Shown: positions 19,978 through 30,530, counted from the stretch's first letter. The stretch is 64,000 bases of DNA from an uncultured Candidatus Binatia bacterium (GCA_965213675.1 OZ243916.1:2688001-2752000), one strand, 5' to 3'. A program made the numbers and translations. Notes: generated from the sequence alone by a model not told the origin.

Positions 19978-21087
19978 ATGGAACTCGTCCTTGATGAGGC
20001 ACAGACCATTCTTCGGGAGAGCGCGGACAAGCTCATCGAACGGCACGCGGGACCGGCCCGGTTTCGCGAGTTGCGTGCGAGCGAACACGGCTTCGACCGA
20101 GGGCGGCTGACCGTGGTGGCAGAGGCCGGTTGGCTGTCGCTGCTGGTGCCGGAGGAACGGGACGGCCTGGGCCTGGGGACCACCGAGGCGGCGCTGGTGC
20201 TGGAGGCCGCCGGCCGCGGTCTCATGACCGAGCCCATCGCGGCCGTCATGGCGGGCGCGCGTGCCGTGGCGACGGGGACAGCCGCCACGGACGCGACCCT
20301 GGAAGACTTGATGGCCGGCCGCTCCATCATCGTGCCGGCACTGCACGACCCGGCGGCCGACGACCCCGCAGGCGTGGCCACCCAAGCCGTGGCCGACGGA
20401 GACGGTTTCAAGCTTGCGGGTCGCACCGACCCCGTTCCCGGCGCGGCCGCGGCCGACGGGTTCATCGTCGACGGCCGAAGCGGGGACGGCGCCGTCGTGT
20501 GCGTGGTGCCGCGCGACGCCCCGGGGCTCGAAATCGTGCGGCGCGGCCGCGTGGACGGCACCGGGCACGCGGCGCTGGTGCTGTCGGAGGTCCCCGTACC
20601 GGCGGACCGCGTCCTCGCCTCCGGCGCCCAGGGGACGGAGCTGGCGGCGGCGACCCTCGATCTGGCGCTGCTGGGAACCGCGGCCGAGATGCTGGGCATC
20701 ATGGAGCAGGGACTGGCCCTGGCGGTGGATTACCTGGGAACCCGCGAGCAGTTCGGACGGCTCATCGGTTCGTTCCAGGCGTTGCAGCATCGGGCGGTCA
20801 ACGACCACATCGACATCGAACTGACGCGCTCCCTGCTCTATCAGGTATGCGCCGCCATGGACGCGGGACGCGGCAACCGCGCCATGGTGGCCGCGGTGAA
20901 GGCGCGCGCCTCGGACGCCGTGCTCTCGGTGACAAAGTCCATGGTCCAGATGCACGGCGCCATCGGCTTCACCGACGAATACGACGCAAGCCTCTACCTG
21001 CGCCGGGCCATGTCCCTGTCGGCCCAGTACGGCAACGCCGACTCCCACCGCAAGCGCTACGCCAGGCTGTCGTCGCGGGCGGCGTAA
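19978..21087 (+). CDS. Acyl-CoA dehydrogenase family, short partner-subunit type
   Basis: REQFGRLIGSFQALQHR, QMHGAIGFTDE. Confidence 0.88.
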   Translation: MELVLDEAQTILRESADKLIERHAGPARFRELRASEHGFDRGRLTVVAEAGWLSLLVPEERDGLGLGTTEAALVLEAAGRGLMTEPIAAVMAGARAVATGTAATDATLEDLMAGRSIIVPALHDPAADDPAGVATQAVADGDGFKLAGRTDPVPGAAAADGFIVDGRSGDGAVVCVVPRDAPGLEIVRRGRVDGTGHAALVLSEVPVPADRVLASGAQGTELAAATLDLALLGTAAEMLGIMEQGLALAVDYLGTREQFGRLIGSFQALQHRAVNDHIDIELTRSLLYQVCAAMDAGRGNRAMVAAVKARASDAVLSVTKSMVQMHGAIGFTDEYDASLYLRRAMSLSAQYGNADSHRKRYARLSSRAA

Positions 21088-21118
21088 CGATAAGAGCAAT
21101 AGCACCCACGCCCCGGGG

Positions 21119-21149
21119 CGTCATTCCCGCGAAAGCGGGAATTCAGGGG
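21119..21149. repeat. REP-like element
   Basis: cgtcattcccgcgaaagcgggaattcagggg. Confidence 0.8.
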
Positions 21150-21174
21150 CCGCGAGTCACGAAGGGAAACCACC

Positions 21175-22011
21175 ATGGCGAACGACTCCGCTTTCCGGCG
21201 CACCATTCAGTGGCCCGAGGGCAAGCTCGTGTGCTGTACCTATAGCGTGGCCCTGGAAGCCTTCCGCAAGACCGGCCGCTTCAAGATGGATTCGCGCATC
21301 GACGTGAACTGGAGCTCACTCTCCCACGTGGAGTACGGCGGCAACGTGGGGATCTGGCGGATCCTGGAGATCCTGGAGCGGCAGAATGTCCGCGCCATGG
21401 TGCTGGTGAACTCGCTGGCGGCGGAGAAATGGCCGGAGGCGGTGCGAGCGCTACACGAAGCGGGGCACGAGATCGCCGGCCACGGCACCACCAACGAGGT
21501 CAGCATGATCGAGCTGAGCCCGGAGGAGCAGAAGGAGGAGATCGACTCCTGCACCCGTATCCTCGAGGGCATTACCGGGACCCGGCCCGTGGGCTGGTTC
21601 GGACCGGGCGGCCACCATACCGACGTGACCCTGGGGCTCCTGGCCGAAGCCGGCTACCTGTGGTCGGGGGACCCCTCGGACGACGACATCCCCCATGTCG
21701 AGTTGGTCAACGGCCGCCGCATCTGCGTGATCCCCAAGACCTGGTACGCCAACGACTGGCGCGCCTGGGGCAACGGGCTGGGCAACGCCAGCACGTTCTT
21801 CACCGGGTTCAAGGACGGATTCGACTTCGTCTACGAAGAGGCCAGGGCAGGTAGGCCGGGCATGATCGACGCCTGCGTCCACGCCGAGCTGGGCGGACGG
21901 CCGTATCTAGCCGCTGGGTTCGAGCGGATCATCGAGTACGTGAACCGGCACCGCAGCGAGATCTGGCAACCCACGTACCGGGAGATCGCGGAGTACTGTC
22001 TGGGGAGCTGA
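21175..22011 (+). CDS. Polysaccharide deacetylase family (PuuE-like) hydrolase
   Basis: EYGGNVGIWRIL, HEIAGHG, RPVGW, DDIP. Confidence 0.85.
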   Translation: MANDSAFRRTIQWPEGKLVCCTYSVALEAFRKTGRFKMDSRIDVNWSSLSHVEYGGNVGIWRILEILERQNVRAMVLVNSLAAEKWPEAVRALHEAGHEIAGHGTTNEVSMIELSPEEQKEEIDSCTRILEGITGTRPVGWFGPGGHHTDVTLGLLAEAGYLWSGDPSDDDIPHVELVNGRRICVIPKTWYANDWRAWGNGLGNASTFFTGFKDGFDFVYEEARAGRPGMIDACVHAELGGRPYLAAGFERIIEYVNRHRSEIWQPTYREIAEYCLGS

Positions 22012-22068
22012 CCCTGGAGAGCCGGCCAGCCTGGATCAGCGACGCGGGATGGAGTTCCACGTCTGTTG

Positions 22069-23076
22069 TCAGGCACCGCCGTCGGCCGCGAGGCCCGCTT
22101 TCTCGACAATCAACTTCGCCAGCGCCCTGAAATCGCGGCGTGCTTCGTGCACCGCGGCGGCATGGCTGCCAATTGCGCCATCCGCCGTGGTGAGGTCGAA
22201 AATCGGCTTGCGGCTCTCCTGCCCCATGGAGACGAGGCTCCGGTAGTGCTTGACGGTGGCGAGGCAATGCTCATCCTCCCGTGGAGAGGCGGGGAATGGG
22301 GCCTCCTGTTCAAGCAGATTACGAGCATATTCTTCCGGCATCCTGTTGACCCACCGGTCATACGCCTTGACCGGGCGGCTCAGTCGGACACTGTGCTGTT
22401 GAACGATGTAACCGAGCGGTTTCATCCGACCCCCGGGCAACGGGAATTGCAGGGAATCCCAGTTGTCCATCCGTTTGGTCCAATCTTCGCGCCAGCGCCG
22501 GAGGGTCGGGCCAAGGTTGCGGAGCCCTTGGAGTGAGAAGAGATCGGCTCCGAGTGGGACGACGACATGATCCGTAGCGATCAGGGCGGAACGGTTGATG
22601 GCACCCAGGTTGGGGCCCACATCGGCGAGAATGACGGAAGCCTTCATGGCACTCGCACCTGCTTGCATCACCGTCCAGAACGACGTGAGAATCCGAAACG
22701 GACGATACAGGTTGCCGGAGCCGAGCGCATCCGACCACTCCCCGGACAAGGTGTCCTCAAACCCGGACAGGGCCAGATCGCCAGGTATCAGGCTGAGTTC
22801 CGGGGTGATTTCCTGAAGTACGGGAGGCAACAGATCGCCGACCTCCAACAGTGGTTTGACGCTCTTGAAAATCGTGTTGCCGCGATCCTCTCCTTCCCAC
22901 AGTCCTTCCAGTTGATCTTCGCTAAGGAACGCCGCGGAGAGGTTGGCCTGCGGATCCAGATCACAAGTGAGGACTCGATGCCCCGTCTGTGAGAGTATCC
23001 AGGCCAAGTGGTAGACAAGAGACGTTTTCCCGACACCACCCTTGTTGTTGAAGAATGTCAGAACGGGGATGTTCAC
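22069..23076 (-). CDS. ParA/MinD-type ATPase (large orphan subtype)
   Basis: FFNNKGGVGKTS deviant Walker A, DLDPQANL, DVGPNLG; GTGA overlap with upstream gene. Confidence 0.88.
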   Translation of the reverse strand: MNIPVLTFFNNKGGVGKTSLVYHLAWILSQTGHRVLTCDLDPQANLSAAFLSEDQLEGLWEGEDRGNTIFKSVKPLLEVGDLLPPVLQEITPELSLIPGDLALSGFEDTLSGEWSDALGSGNLYRPFRILTSFWTVMQAGASAMKASVILADVGPNLGAINRSALIATDHVVVPLGADLFSLQGLRNLGPTLRRWREDWTKRMDNWDSLQFPLPGGRMKPLGYIVQQHSVRLSRPVKAYDRWVNRMPEEYARNLLEQEAPFPASPREDEHCLATVKHYRSLVSMGQESRKPIFDLTTADGAIGSHAAAVHEARRDFRALAKLIVEKAGLAADGGA

Positions 23077-24281
23077 GACGCGAGTCCTCGGATGGTCACG
23101 TGCACGAACGTGTCCTCGACCGCAAACTCCGGCTCGGCGTTACCGTTTTCTCTCAGCTCTCTCTTGGCTGTAGCGATGCCGACGCCGAATCGTTGAACAA
23201 AACCCATGACCTTCATCGCGTCCGCCAGGTTTGGGTTACGGTAGTCGGTCACACCGGGACGCCCAAAGTTCTCCCGCGTGACGACCCCAAACGCGCCGCC
23301 CGGATTGTGAATTTCGATGCGGTCGTGGAACCAAGTAACGCGGACCGGAGCGTTGGTGGCCTCGTAGACCCGGTGCATGACCGCATTGCGGGCCAATTGC
23401 TGGAGGGCCGCGAGCGGATAGGTCGATTCCCGACGTTCCTTGTCGGAACCCGTGAGGTCGACACCGGTGCTGATGTGCGCCTTCATCTTGTCATCGAGCC
23501 GCTGCAATATCTCCGAAATCGTACCGTCGATGGTCTCGTGGTCGATGATGGGGGCCGACAACTCCGTGCCGTCGATGCGCAGAAACTCCACGTAAGAGTT
23601 GGAGACAAAGTCGCGTGGCCGCTTCCCCAGCACCAAGAGGCCCAACACCGTGGCTGTTGGTTCATCGGCCGAGGCAATCATTTTTGTTGTCGCAAGGCGT
23701 TGCTCAGGGCTCCGCTCATTGGCTTCGAGCGTCTCCACATTGAAGGCACCGGGGAGGTATTCTTCCTCGAAGCGGCGTATGCTCATATCGGAGACGGTAG
23801 CACCCGGAACAGGCTGGATGTCGAACGGAAGAGCGTGACTGCGCCGTCTTTCGTTGAGAATGCGCTCATCCTGCGGTGTCGCAATGCTCCTTCGAGGACC
23901 GCTCCGTACGTGGATGGCCCCTTTGTAGCGGACAGGGGGGGAAACCGACGACAGGATCGTGACGACGGCGACATCCATCCCCTTCAACCTCCGCTTCTCC
24001 ACGAACATCGACGGCGGAGGTACAATGTTCCCATCTGTCTTGATGTCACTGAGTTGCGTCAACATTCGATCGGTAATGTCCAGCCCGGTCGGTTGCCCAT
24101 CGTCCCTCACACCCACGAAAACGACACCGGGGCGACCGGAACCCGGCAAGTCGTTGGCGAAGGAACAGACCGCCTCGCGAATACTCGTGGCCGTACCGCC
24201 ATCGAGTCTTTCCTTGTAGTCAACCCGGAAACTCTCTCCTTGATCCAGGATGCGTTCCAGTTTCGCGTCATCCAATCTCAT
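23073..24281 (-). CDS. Schlafen/AlbA_2 domain fused to HATPase_c_4 (RecG C-terminal-like) domain
   Basis: GESFRVDYKE, CSFAND, FVGVRDDG; NAVMHRVY, IHNPGG, RNPNLA, GFVQRFGVG. Confidence 0.82.
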   Translation of the reverse strand: MRLDDAKLERILDQGESFRVDYKERLDGGTATSIREAVCSFANDLPGSGRPGVVFVGVRDDGQPTGLDITDRMLTQLSDIKTDGNIVPPPSMFVEKRRLKGMDVAVVTILSSVSPPVRYKGAIHVRSGPRRSIATPQDERILNERRRSHALPFDIQPVPGATVSDMSIRRFEEEYLPGAFNVETLEANERSPEQRLATTKMIASADEPTATVLGLLVLGKRPRDFVSNSYVEFLRIDGTELSAPIIDHETIDGTISEILQRLDDKMKAHISTGVDLTGSDKERRESTYPLAALQQLARNAVMHRVYEATNAPVRVTWFHDRIEIHNPGGAFGVVTRENFGRPGVTDYRNPNLADAMKVMGFVQRFGVGIATAKRELRENGNAEPEFAVEDTFVHVTIRGLAS

Positions 24282-24495
24282 GGCAGCCGTCTCCCCTAGC
24301 GTGGTGCGTCACAGATAGCCTGACGCTGGACACTGGCAGAATATGTTGGTTGGGCACACATTTCCAGCCAACATCTCGGTCTGGCGCCTGGCCCCCGGGA
24401 GGGAAGAAGTTCTTCGGGGGGTCACCCCTGCCAGACGCCAACGATGGACACACGACAGGGGCGCCTTGGAAGAAGCCCTTCGCACCGCATCCGGC

Positions 24496-25698
24496 CTACA
24501 GCGAGTCCTCCCTGACTCTCCAAAGGAACGGCAGCGGCAGCGCGATGGCGACGGCCATGGCGATCCAGGCCATCCGGTAGGATTCCGTGTAGTCCGCGAT
24601 GGAGCCGAAGATGGGCGGCAGCACCACCACGCCCACGAACGCCACGGTATTGGTCATGCCGATGGCGACGCCGGCCTCGCGGGTGCCGGCGATCTTGGCG
24701 ACCAGGGCGAGATACAATCCCTGCCAGCTCATGGTGCCGAGTCCGAGGAGGGTTACCACAATCGCCACCAGCCACGCCGGCATGTCCGGCGACAGCAAGG
24801 CCGTGGCCACGCCGGCGACGGTGCCGAGGGCCCCCAGCATGACCAGCACGGGCACCCGGCGGCCGAGGAAAAACCGGTCGCTGACGATGCCGAAGACGAT
24901 GCGGCCGGTGCCGCCGCAGGCCTGACCCACCGCCAGCAGGTGGGCGGCGAACACCAGCGGGTAGAAGATGTGCTCGGTGAGATACAACTCGATATAGCTG
25001 ATGTAGCACCACTGGCACCCGGCCAGCACCGCGGCATAAAACGCCGCCGCCCAGATATCCCCGCGGCGGACGATGTCCTTCAGCCCGCCCGCGGGAGCGG
25101 CGCCGGACGCCGCCGGAGGCCGGTCGGGCTCCTTATAGCAGACCAGCACCATCAGCCCGGCAAGGATCGTGACCACGCCCACCAAGGACAACGCCCAGCG
25201 CCAGCCGAATACCAGACCCATGGCGGGCAGCGTAAGCGCTGCGATGGTGCCGCCCGCGGGAATGCCGGTCTGCCGCACGCCCATGGCCATGCCGCGCTCG
25301 CGCTCCGGGAACCATCCCGCCACCGCCTTGCTGCCGGCCGGAGTGCTGGTGGCCACCGGCACCCCCAGGAGCAGGAACACCACCAGCAATCCGACAAAGC
25401 CGCCGGCGAAGTGCACGGTCAGCACCAGCAGGCCGCAGGCCGCCGTGCCGTAGCCTATGATGCGCCGCTCGCCATAGCGGTCCGCCGCCTTGCCCATGCC
25501 CAGCACCGCGGCCACCACCCCGACGTTGATCATGGAAACCAGGACTCCGACCTCGGTAAGGGTCAGCCCCAACTCCACCTGAATGAGCGGCACCACGGTC
25601 GGGATGCCCATGTGGATGGTCGACATCGCCGTCTGCGACAGCGTGGCGATGAAGAGATAGAACCAACGCCGGGATGGCGGTGCGGAGGATGGTGTCAC
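24496..25698 (-). CDS. MFS transporter
   Basis: About 12 hydrophobic segments, GKAADRYGERR, WFPERERG. Confidence 0.9.
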   Translation of the reverse strand: MTPSSAPPSRRWFYLFIATLSQTAMSTIHMGIPTVVPLIQVELGLTLTEVGVLVSMINVGVVAAVLGMGKAADRYGERRIIGYGTAACGLLVLTVHFAGGFVGLLVVFLLLGVPVATSTPAGSKAVAGWFPERERGMAMGVRQTGIPAGGTIAALTLPAMGLVFGWRWALSLVGVVTILAGLMVLVCYKEPDRPPAASGAAPAGGLKDIVRRGDIWAAAFYAAVLAGCQWCYISYIELYLTEHIFYPLVFAAHLLAVGQACGGTGRIVFGIVSDRFFLGRRVPVLVMLGALGTVAGVATALLSPDMPAWLVAIVVTLLGLGTMSWQGLYLALVAKIAGTREAGVAIGMTNTVAFVGVVVLPPIFGSIADYTESYRMAWIAMAVAIALPLPFLWRVREDSL

Positions 25699-25762
25699 GT
25701 GTGGCGAGATTTGCGTCTACCCCGGCGAAGGGTTAGTGTTGGGGGTCCTGCGTCACGAACCG

Positions 25763-27193
25763 ATGAAACCGGAAATCGACCTGCTGCGCGGCCTTCCCTC
25801 CGTGGACCGCATCATGAATCACCCGGCCGCGGAACCGTTGCTGGAGCGGTTCAGCCGGGCGTTCGTGACAGCGACCCTGCGCGACCTCATCGACGAATGG
25901 CGGCAGGTCATACGTTCCGGCCGCGACCTTCCGCCCGACCGGCTGCGGGACGAATCTATCATAACGGACCTGGAAAAGAAGCTCGCCCGCGCCGCCCGGC
26001 CCGGCATGACACGCGTGGTCAACGCTTCCGGCACCATCCTGCACACGAACCTGGGACGGGCGCTGCTCTCGGAGGCCGCGGCAGAGGCGGTGGCCCGTGC
26101 CGCGCGCCACCCGGTGAATCTGGAGTTCGACCTCGCCCACGGCAAACGAGGACAGCGCGAGGCCGGCGTCGAAGCGTTGCTGCGGGAGCTGACCGGGGCG
26201 GAGGCCGCCGCGGTGGTGAACAACAACGCCGCCGCGGTGCTGCTGGGGCTCAATGCCATGGCCGAGGGGAAGCACGTCGTCGTGTCGCGGGGCGAGCTGA
26301 TCGAGATCGGCGGATCGTTTCGCATACCGGAGGTCATGGCGAAGAGCGGCGCCATTCTGCGGGAGGTGGGCACCACCAACCGCACTCACCCGAGGGACTA
26401 TGCCGAGGCCATCGACGCCGACACCGCGCTCCTGCTGAAGGTGCACACCAGCAACTACCGGGTGGTGGGGTTTGCCGCGGAGGTGGAATTGAAGGACCTG
26501 GTGGCCATCGGGCGGGAGCGCGGGGTACCGGTGATGGAAGACCTGGGCAGCGGCGCGCTGGTGGACTTGGGCAAGCTGGGGCTGCCGCGGGAGCCGCTGG
26601 TGGCGGAACGGGTCGCCATGGGGGCGGACGTGGTCACGTTCAGCGGCGACAAGATCCTGGGCGGTCCCCAGGCGGGGCTTGTGGCTGGCACGAAGCACTG
26701 GATCGAGCACATGAACCGGAACCCTCTCAAGCGCGCGTTGCGCTGCGACAAGCTCACGTTGGCGGCGCTGGAGGCGACGCTCCGGAGCTACGTGCAGTCG
26801 CCGGACGTGCTCCAGGAGATCCCCACCCTGCGGGCCTTCAGCCGTTCGCTGGACGAGATCGCGGAGGGCGGGCGGAACCTGCTGCCGCGGCTGCGGGAAC
26901 GGCTCGGGCCGGACTACGAGGTGGAACTGGTGGACTGCACCTGCCAGATCGGCAGCGGCGCCCTCCCCACCGAGGAGATCCCGAGCAAGGGCATCGCCGT
27001 GCGCGCCCGCGACTTGAGCCCGGACGACGTGGCGCGGGTCTTCCGCAACGCCGATCCGCCCATCATCGGGCGCATTCACAACGACCGCTTCATCCTCGAC
27101 CTGAGGAGCGCTGGCGACCCTGCGTCCGTGGCGCCCCGTCTCCGACCCACCATCGCGACCCCGACCGGCGGAGCGACCGCCGGTCGCCCTTAG
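25763..27193 (+). CDS. selA: L-seryl-tRNA(Sec) selenium transferase
   Basis: NASGTILHTNLGRA, VNNNAAA, SRGELIEIGGSFRIP, FSGDKILGGPQAG (PLP Lys). Confidence 0.96.
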   Translation: MKPEIDLLRGLPSVDRIMNHPAAEPLLERFSRAFVTATLRDLIDEWRQVIRSGRDLPPDRLRDESIITDLEKKLARAARPGMTRVVNASGTILHTNLGRALLSEAAAEAVARAARHPVNLEFDLAHGKRGQREAGVEALLRELTGAEAAAVVNNNAAAVLLGLNAMAEGKHVVVSRGELIEIGGSFRIPEVMAKSGAILREVGTTNRTHPRDYAEAIDADTALLLKVHTSNYRVVGFAAEVELKDLVAIGRERGVPVMEDLGSGALVDLGKLGLPREPLVAERVAMGADVVTFSGDKILGGPQAGLVAGTKHWIEHMNRNPLKRALRCDKLTLAALEATLRSYVQSPDVLQEIPTLRAFSRSLDEIAEGGRNLLPRLRERLGPDYEVELVDCTCQIGSGALPTEEIPSKGIAVRARDLSPDDVARVFRNADPPIIGRIHNDRFILDLRSAGDPASVAPRLRPTIATPTGGATAGRP

Positions 27194-27220
27194 AAAGCAC
27201 GCGCCCTGCCGGCGACCCAA

Positions 27221-27426
27221 TGTCCTGAGCGAACCGGGAGCTTGCGCCGTAGGAATTCACGGCTGCAAATCCGCTCTCATCCGTCCCTTCGGCCGCTCGA
27301 TTTCGTCAAATATGACATGATATTCTCCTCAATCGAGCGGCCGAAGGGACGGCAATAGCGAAATTTCGCTTTCACGTATCCCTACGGCTAAAGCTCCTGG
27401 CATCGGCTGTCATAGAAGAGGACACT
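27221..27426. repeat. Nested inverted-repeat element (MITE-like or structured RNA) between selA and selB
   Basis: Perfect 22-bp stem 27281-27302/27331-27352, outer imperfect stem 27237-27254/27380-27397, tgtcct/aggaca ends. Confidence 0.7.
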
Positions 27427-27438
27427 GAATCAAGACCC

Positions 27439-29349
27439 ATGCCCTACATCATCGGTACCGCCGGACACATCGACCACGGCAAGACGAGCCTCATCAAGGC
27501 CCTGACCGGGGCCGACACCGACCGCCTCAAGGAAGAGAAGGAGCGCGGCATTTCCATCGATCTGGGGTTTGCGCACCTGCCGCTGCCCGACGGCTCCGAA
27601 GCCGGCATCGTCGACGTGCCCGGCCACGAGCGCTTCATCCGCAACATGCTCGCCGGCGCCCACGGCATCGATCTTGTGCTGTTCACGGTGGCCGCGGACG
27701 ACGGCGTCATGCCGCAGACCGAGGAGCATTTGGACATCGTCCACCTGCTGGGCGTACGCACCGCCCTGTTCGTCATCACCAAGGTGGACCTCGTGTCGGA
27801 AGCGCGGGTGCGCGAGGTGGAGGAAGAGATCGAGATCCTCACCTTCGAGACCGCGCTGGAAGGCTCGCCCGTGGCGCACTTCTCGGCGGTTTCCGGCCAA
27901 GGGCTGGAGGATGTCCGGAACGGCATCTTCGGCTCGCTGGCCGGCATCCACCGGCCGGCCCCCAACGGCTTCTTCCGGCTCCCGGTGGACCGGGTGTTCG
28001 TGCTTCAGGGCCACGGCGTCATCGTCACCGGCACCGCGCTGGCCGGGGAGGTGCGCACGGGCGACCACGTCCATGCGGTCCCTGGCGGCCAGAAGTTCCG
28101 GGTGCGCAGCATCCAGGTGCACGGGCAGTCCGTGGAAGCCGCGGGCTGGGGCCAGCGCGTGGCCCTCAACCTGACGGGGCAGGAGCGCGGCGCCCTGGAA
28201 CGCGGGCACATGATCTGCCACGAGGAGCTGACCCTGGCGTCGACGCGGTTCGACGCGCACCTGGAGGTGCGCCCCGCGGCCGCCAAGGGCATCAAGAACC
28301 ACCAGCGCGTGCGTATCCACCTGGGGACCGCCGAACGCTTGGGCAAGCTCGTCTTCCTGGGGGACATCGAGAACGTGGAGCCCAAGAAAACGGTCTATTG
28401 CCAGGCGCTGCTCACGGAACCCCTGCTGGTCATGCGCGGCGACCACTTCATCGTGCGCGACGAGACCGCCCGGAAGACTCTGGGCGGAGGCGAAGTCGTG
28501 GACCCGCGGGCGCGCCGCCACCGGCGCCGGGAAAAGGACGTGGAGCCGCGCCTGCGCACGCTGCACCAGGGCGACACGCCCGACATGATCCGGAGCTTTC
28601 TGGAAGGCGATGCCAGCCTCGCCACCAGCGTGGATGCCATCGGTCAGTTCCTGAACCTGAAGCGGGACGAGACCCGGGCCTGGCTGGAACGCACCGAGGG
28701 GCTGCGCGCGTTCGATTCGGAGCGGGAGCGCGTCTACACCACCGAGGCGAAGTGGAACCGTTTTCGCGAGAGCCTGCGCGCGGCCCTGGAAGCATTCCAT
28801 CAGAGCCACCCGCTGGCGCCGGGCATGGATCTGGAGGAGGTGCGGGCGCGGCTCGCGGCCGGGGTGTCCGCGCGGCTCTTCCGCGACCTGGCGGATCTCC
28901 TGGCGGGCGAAGGGATTTGCGTCCGGGACGGCAACCACCTGCGCCTGCCGGGACATCGCGTGGAGCTGGGCGCGCGGGAGAAGTCGCTGTCCGCGGACAT
29001 CACCGCCGCGCTGGGAAGGAATCCCCTGGCCCCGCCCTACCTGAAGGAGGTGGAGAAGGCGCTGGGAGTCGAACGCCCCAAACTGAACGAGGTGATTCGG
29101 GTGATGGAACGGCAGGGAGAGATTGTCCGGGTAACCACCGAACTCTACTATCTCACGGCTTCCATTGACAGGATCAAGGCCGATTTATATAGCTACTTCC
29201 ACGGCCACGAGGAGATGAGCGCGGCTACCTTTCGCGACATCCTGCAATCGAGCCGCAAATACACCATTCCCGTGCTGGAATACTTCGACCGCACCGGCGT
29301 GACCATGCGGGTGGGCGACGTGAGGAAGCTCAAGCCGGGGAGGAACTAA
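27439..29349 (+). CDS. selB: Selenocysteine-specific translation elongation factor
   Basis: [24 protein letters not shown]-terminal winged helix [13 protein letters not shown]. Confidence 0.96.
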   Translation: MPYIIGTAGHIDHGKTSLIKALTGADTDRLKEEKERGISIDLGFAHLPLPDGSEAGIVDVPGHERFIRNMLAGAHGIDLVLFTVAADDGVMPQTEEHLDIVHLLGVRTALFVITKVDLVSEARVREVEEEIEILTFETALEGSPVAHFSAVSGQGLEDVRNGIFGSLAGIHRPAPNGFFRLPVDRVFVLQGHGVIVTGTALAGEVRTGDHVHAVPGGQKFRVRSIQVHGQSVEAAGWGQRVALNLTGQERGALERGHMICHEELTLASTRFDAHLEVRPAAAKGIKNHQRVRIHLGTAERLGKLVFLGDIENVEPKKTVYCQALLTEPLLVMRGDHFIVRDETARKTLGGGEVVDPRARRHRRREKDVEPRLRTLHQGDTPDMIRSFLEGDASLATSVDAIGQFLNLKRDETRAWLERTEGLRAFDSERERVYTTEAKWNRFRESLRAALEAFHQSHPLAPGMDLEEVRARLAAGVSARLFRDLADLLAGEGICVRDGNHLRLPGHRVELGAREKSLSADITAALGRNPLAPPYLKEVEKALGVERPKLNEVIRVMERQGEIVRVTTELYYLTASIDRIKADLYSYFHGHEEMSAATFRDILQSSRKYTIPVLEYFDRTGVTMRVGDVRKLKPGRN

Positions 29350-29444
29350 GCGACACCGGGAAACGTCCTGGGCGAACATCATCGGCGTTCACGCACGCGG
29401 GAAACGGCGCCAGGGGGCGCCATCAACACCCAAAGGAGCCTGAA

Positions 29445-30494
29445 ATGGCCATGGAATCGATCCGTCTGACCCAGGAAGTCAAGGCTGCCGGCTGAGCGGC
29501 CAAGCTCGGCCCTGCCGACCTGGTGCAGGTCCTGCACCAACTGCCAAAGTTCGCATCCCCGGAACTGCTCGTAGGAACCGAGACAGCCGACGACGCCGGC
29601 GTGTACCAGTTGCGTCCCGACCTCGCCATCGTCAACACGGTGGACTTCTTCACGCCCATCGTCGACGACCCCTACATGTTCGGCCAGATCGCCGCCACCA
29701 ACTCCCTGAGCGATGTCTGGGCCATGGGCGGCGTGCCCGCCACGGCCCTCAACATCGTCTGTTTCCCCAAGGGGAAGATGGAAATCGAAGTGCTGGGCGA
29801 GGTGCTGCGCGGCGGCGCTGACAAAGTGAAGGAGTCCGGCGCGGTCATCGTCGGCGGCCACTCCATCATCGACGAAGAGATCAAGTACGGCCTTGCCGTC
29901 ACCGGCACCGTGCATCCCGACCGCATCCTGCGGAACGTCGGCGCCCGGGAGGGCGACGTGCTCGTCCTCACCAAGGCCCTGGGAACCGGCATCGCCACCA
30001 CCGCCGTGAAGCGTGGCAACGTCTCCCAGGCGAGCATCGACCAAGCCATTGCCTCCATGGCCACCCTCAACAAGTACGCCGCGGAGGTCATGCGCGACTA
30101 CGACGTCCACGCCTGCTCCGACATCACCGGCTACGGCCTCCTGGGCCACGGCCTGGAGATGACCCTCGACGGCAGCGTCAGCATCACCTTCGAGGCCGCC
30201 CGGCTGCCCGTGCTGGAGGACGTCGCCCAACTCGCCGAGTCCGCCGGCAACCTCACCGGCGGCTGCAAGCGCAACCGCGAGTACCTCGACGACAAGACCG
30301 TCATCCAGGACACCGTCCCCGACGCCCTCGCCGAAATCGCCTTCGACCCACAGACCTCCGGCGGCCTGCTCATCGCCGTGGCGGAAAAGGACGGCGAGAG
30401 CCTGGTCCGGGCGCTCGTGGACCGCGATGTACCGGCCGCAACTATCGTGGGCCATGTCACGGGGCGGGAGGAGTATGGGGTGCGGTTGGCGTGA
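29445..30494 (+). CDS. selD: Selenide, water dikinase; selenoprotein with Sec17 at UGA 29493-29495
   Basis: RBS aaggag, MAMESIRLTQEVKAAG-U-AAK continuing in frame into DDAGVY, TVDFFTPIVDDP, DPQTSGGLL. Confidence 0.95.
29517..29539 (+). promoter_or_regulatory. Putative bacterial SECIS hairpin of selD
   Basis: UGGUGCAG-GUC-CUGCACCA 26-44 nt after UGA, G-containing loop, resembles E. coli fdhF apical SECIS; alternative stem GACCUG-GUG-CAGGUC overlaps. Confidence 0.7.
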
Positions 30495-30530
30495 GGGGCC
30501 GGAAGTGAGGCGTTCGGAAGGGGAGAGGCA

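Noticed and set aside
24343-27228. 961-aa plus-strand ORF and similar long ORFs (e.g. 56996-59710, 47004-48860)
   Set aside because: Antisense or off-frame to well-supported genes; common high-GC artefact
27194-29444. tRNA-Sec (selC) in the sel intergenic regions
   Set aside because: No cloverleaf, UCA anticodon arm or T-loop recognisable; selC must lie elsewhere
29445-29522. selD as a pseudogene with a premature stop
   Set aside because: UGA sits at the catalytic position, next to selA/selB, and is followed by a SECIS-like hairpin
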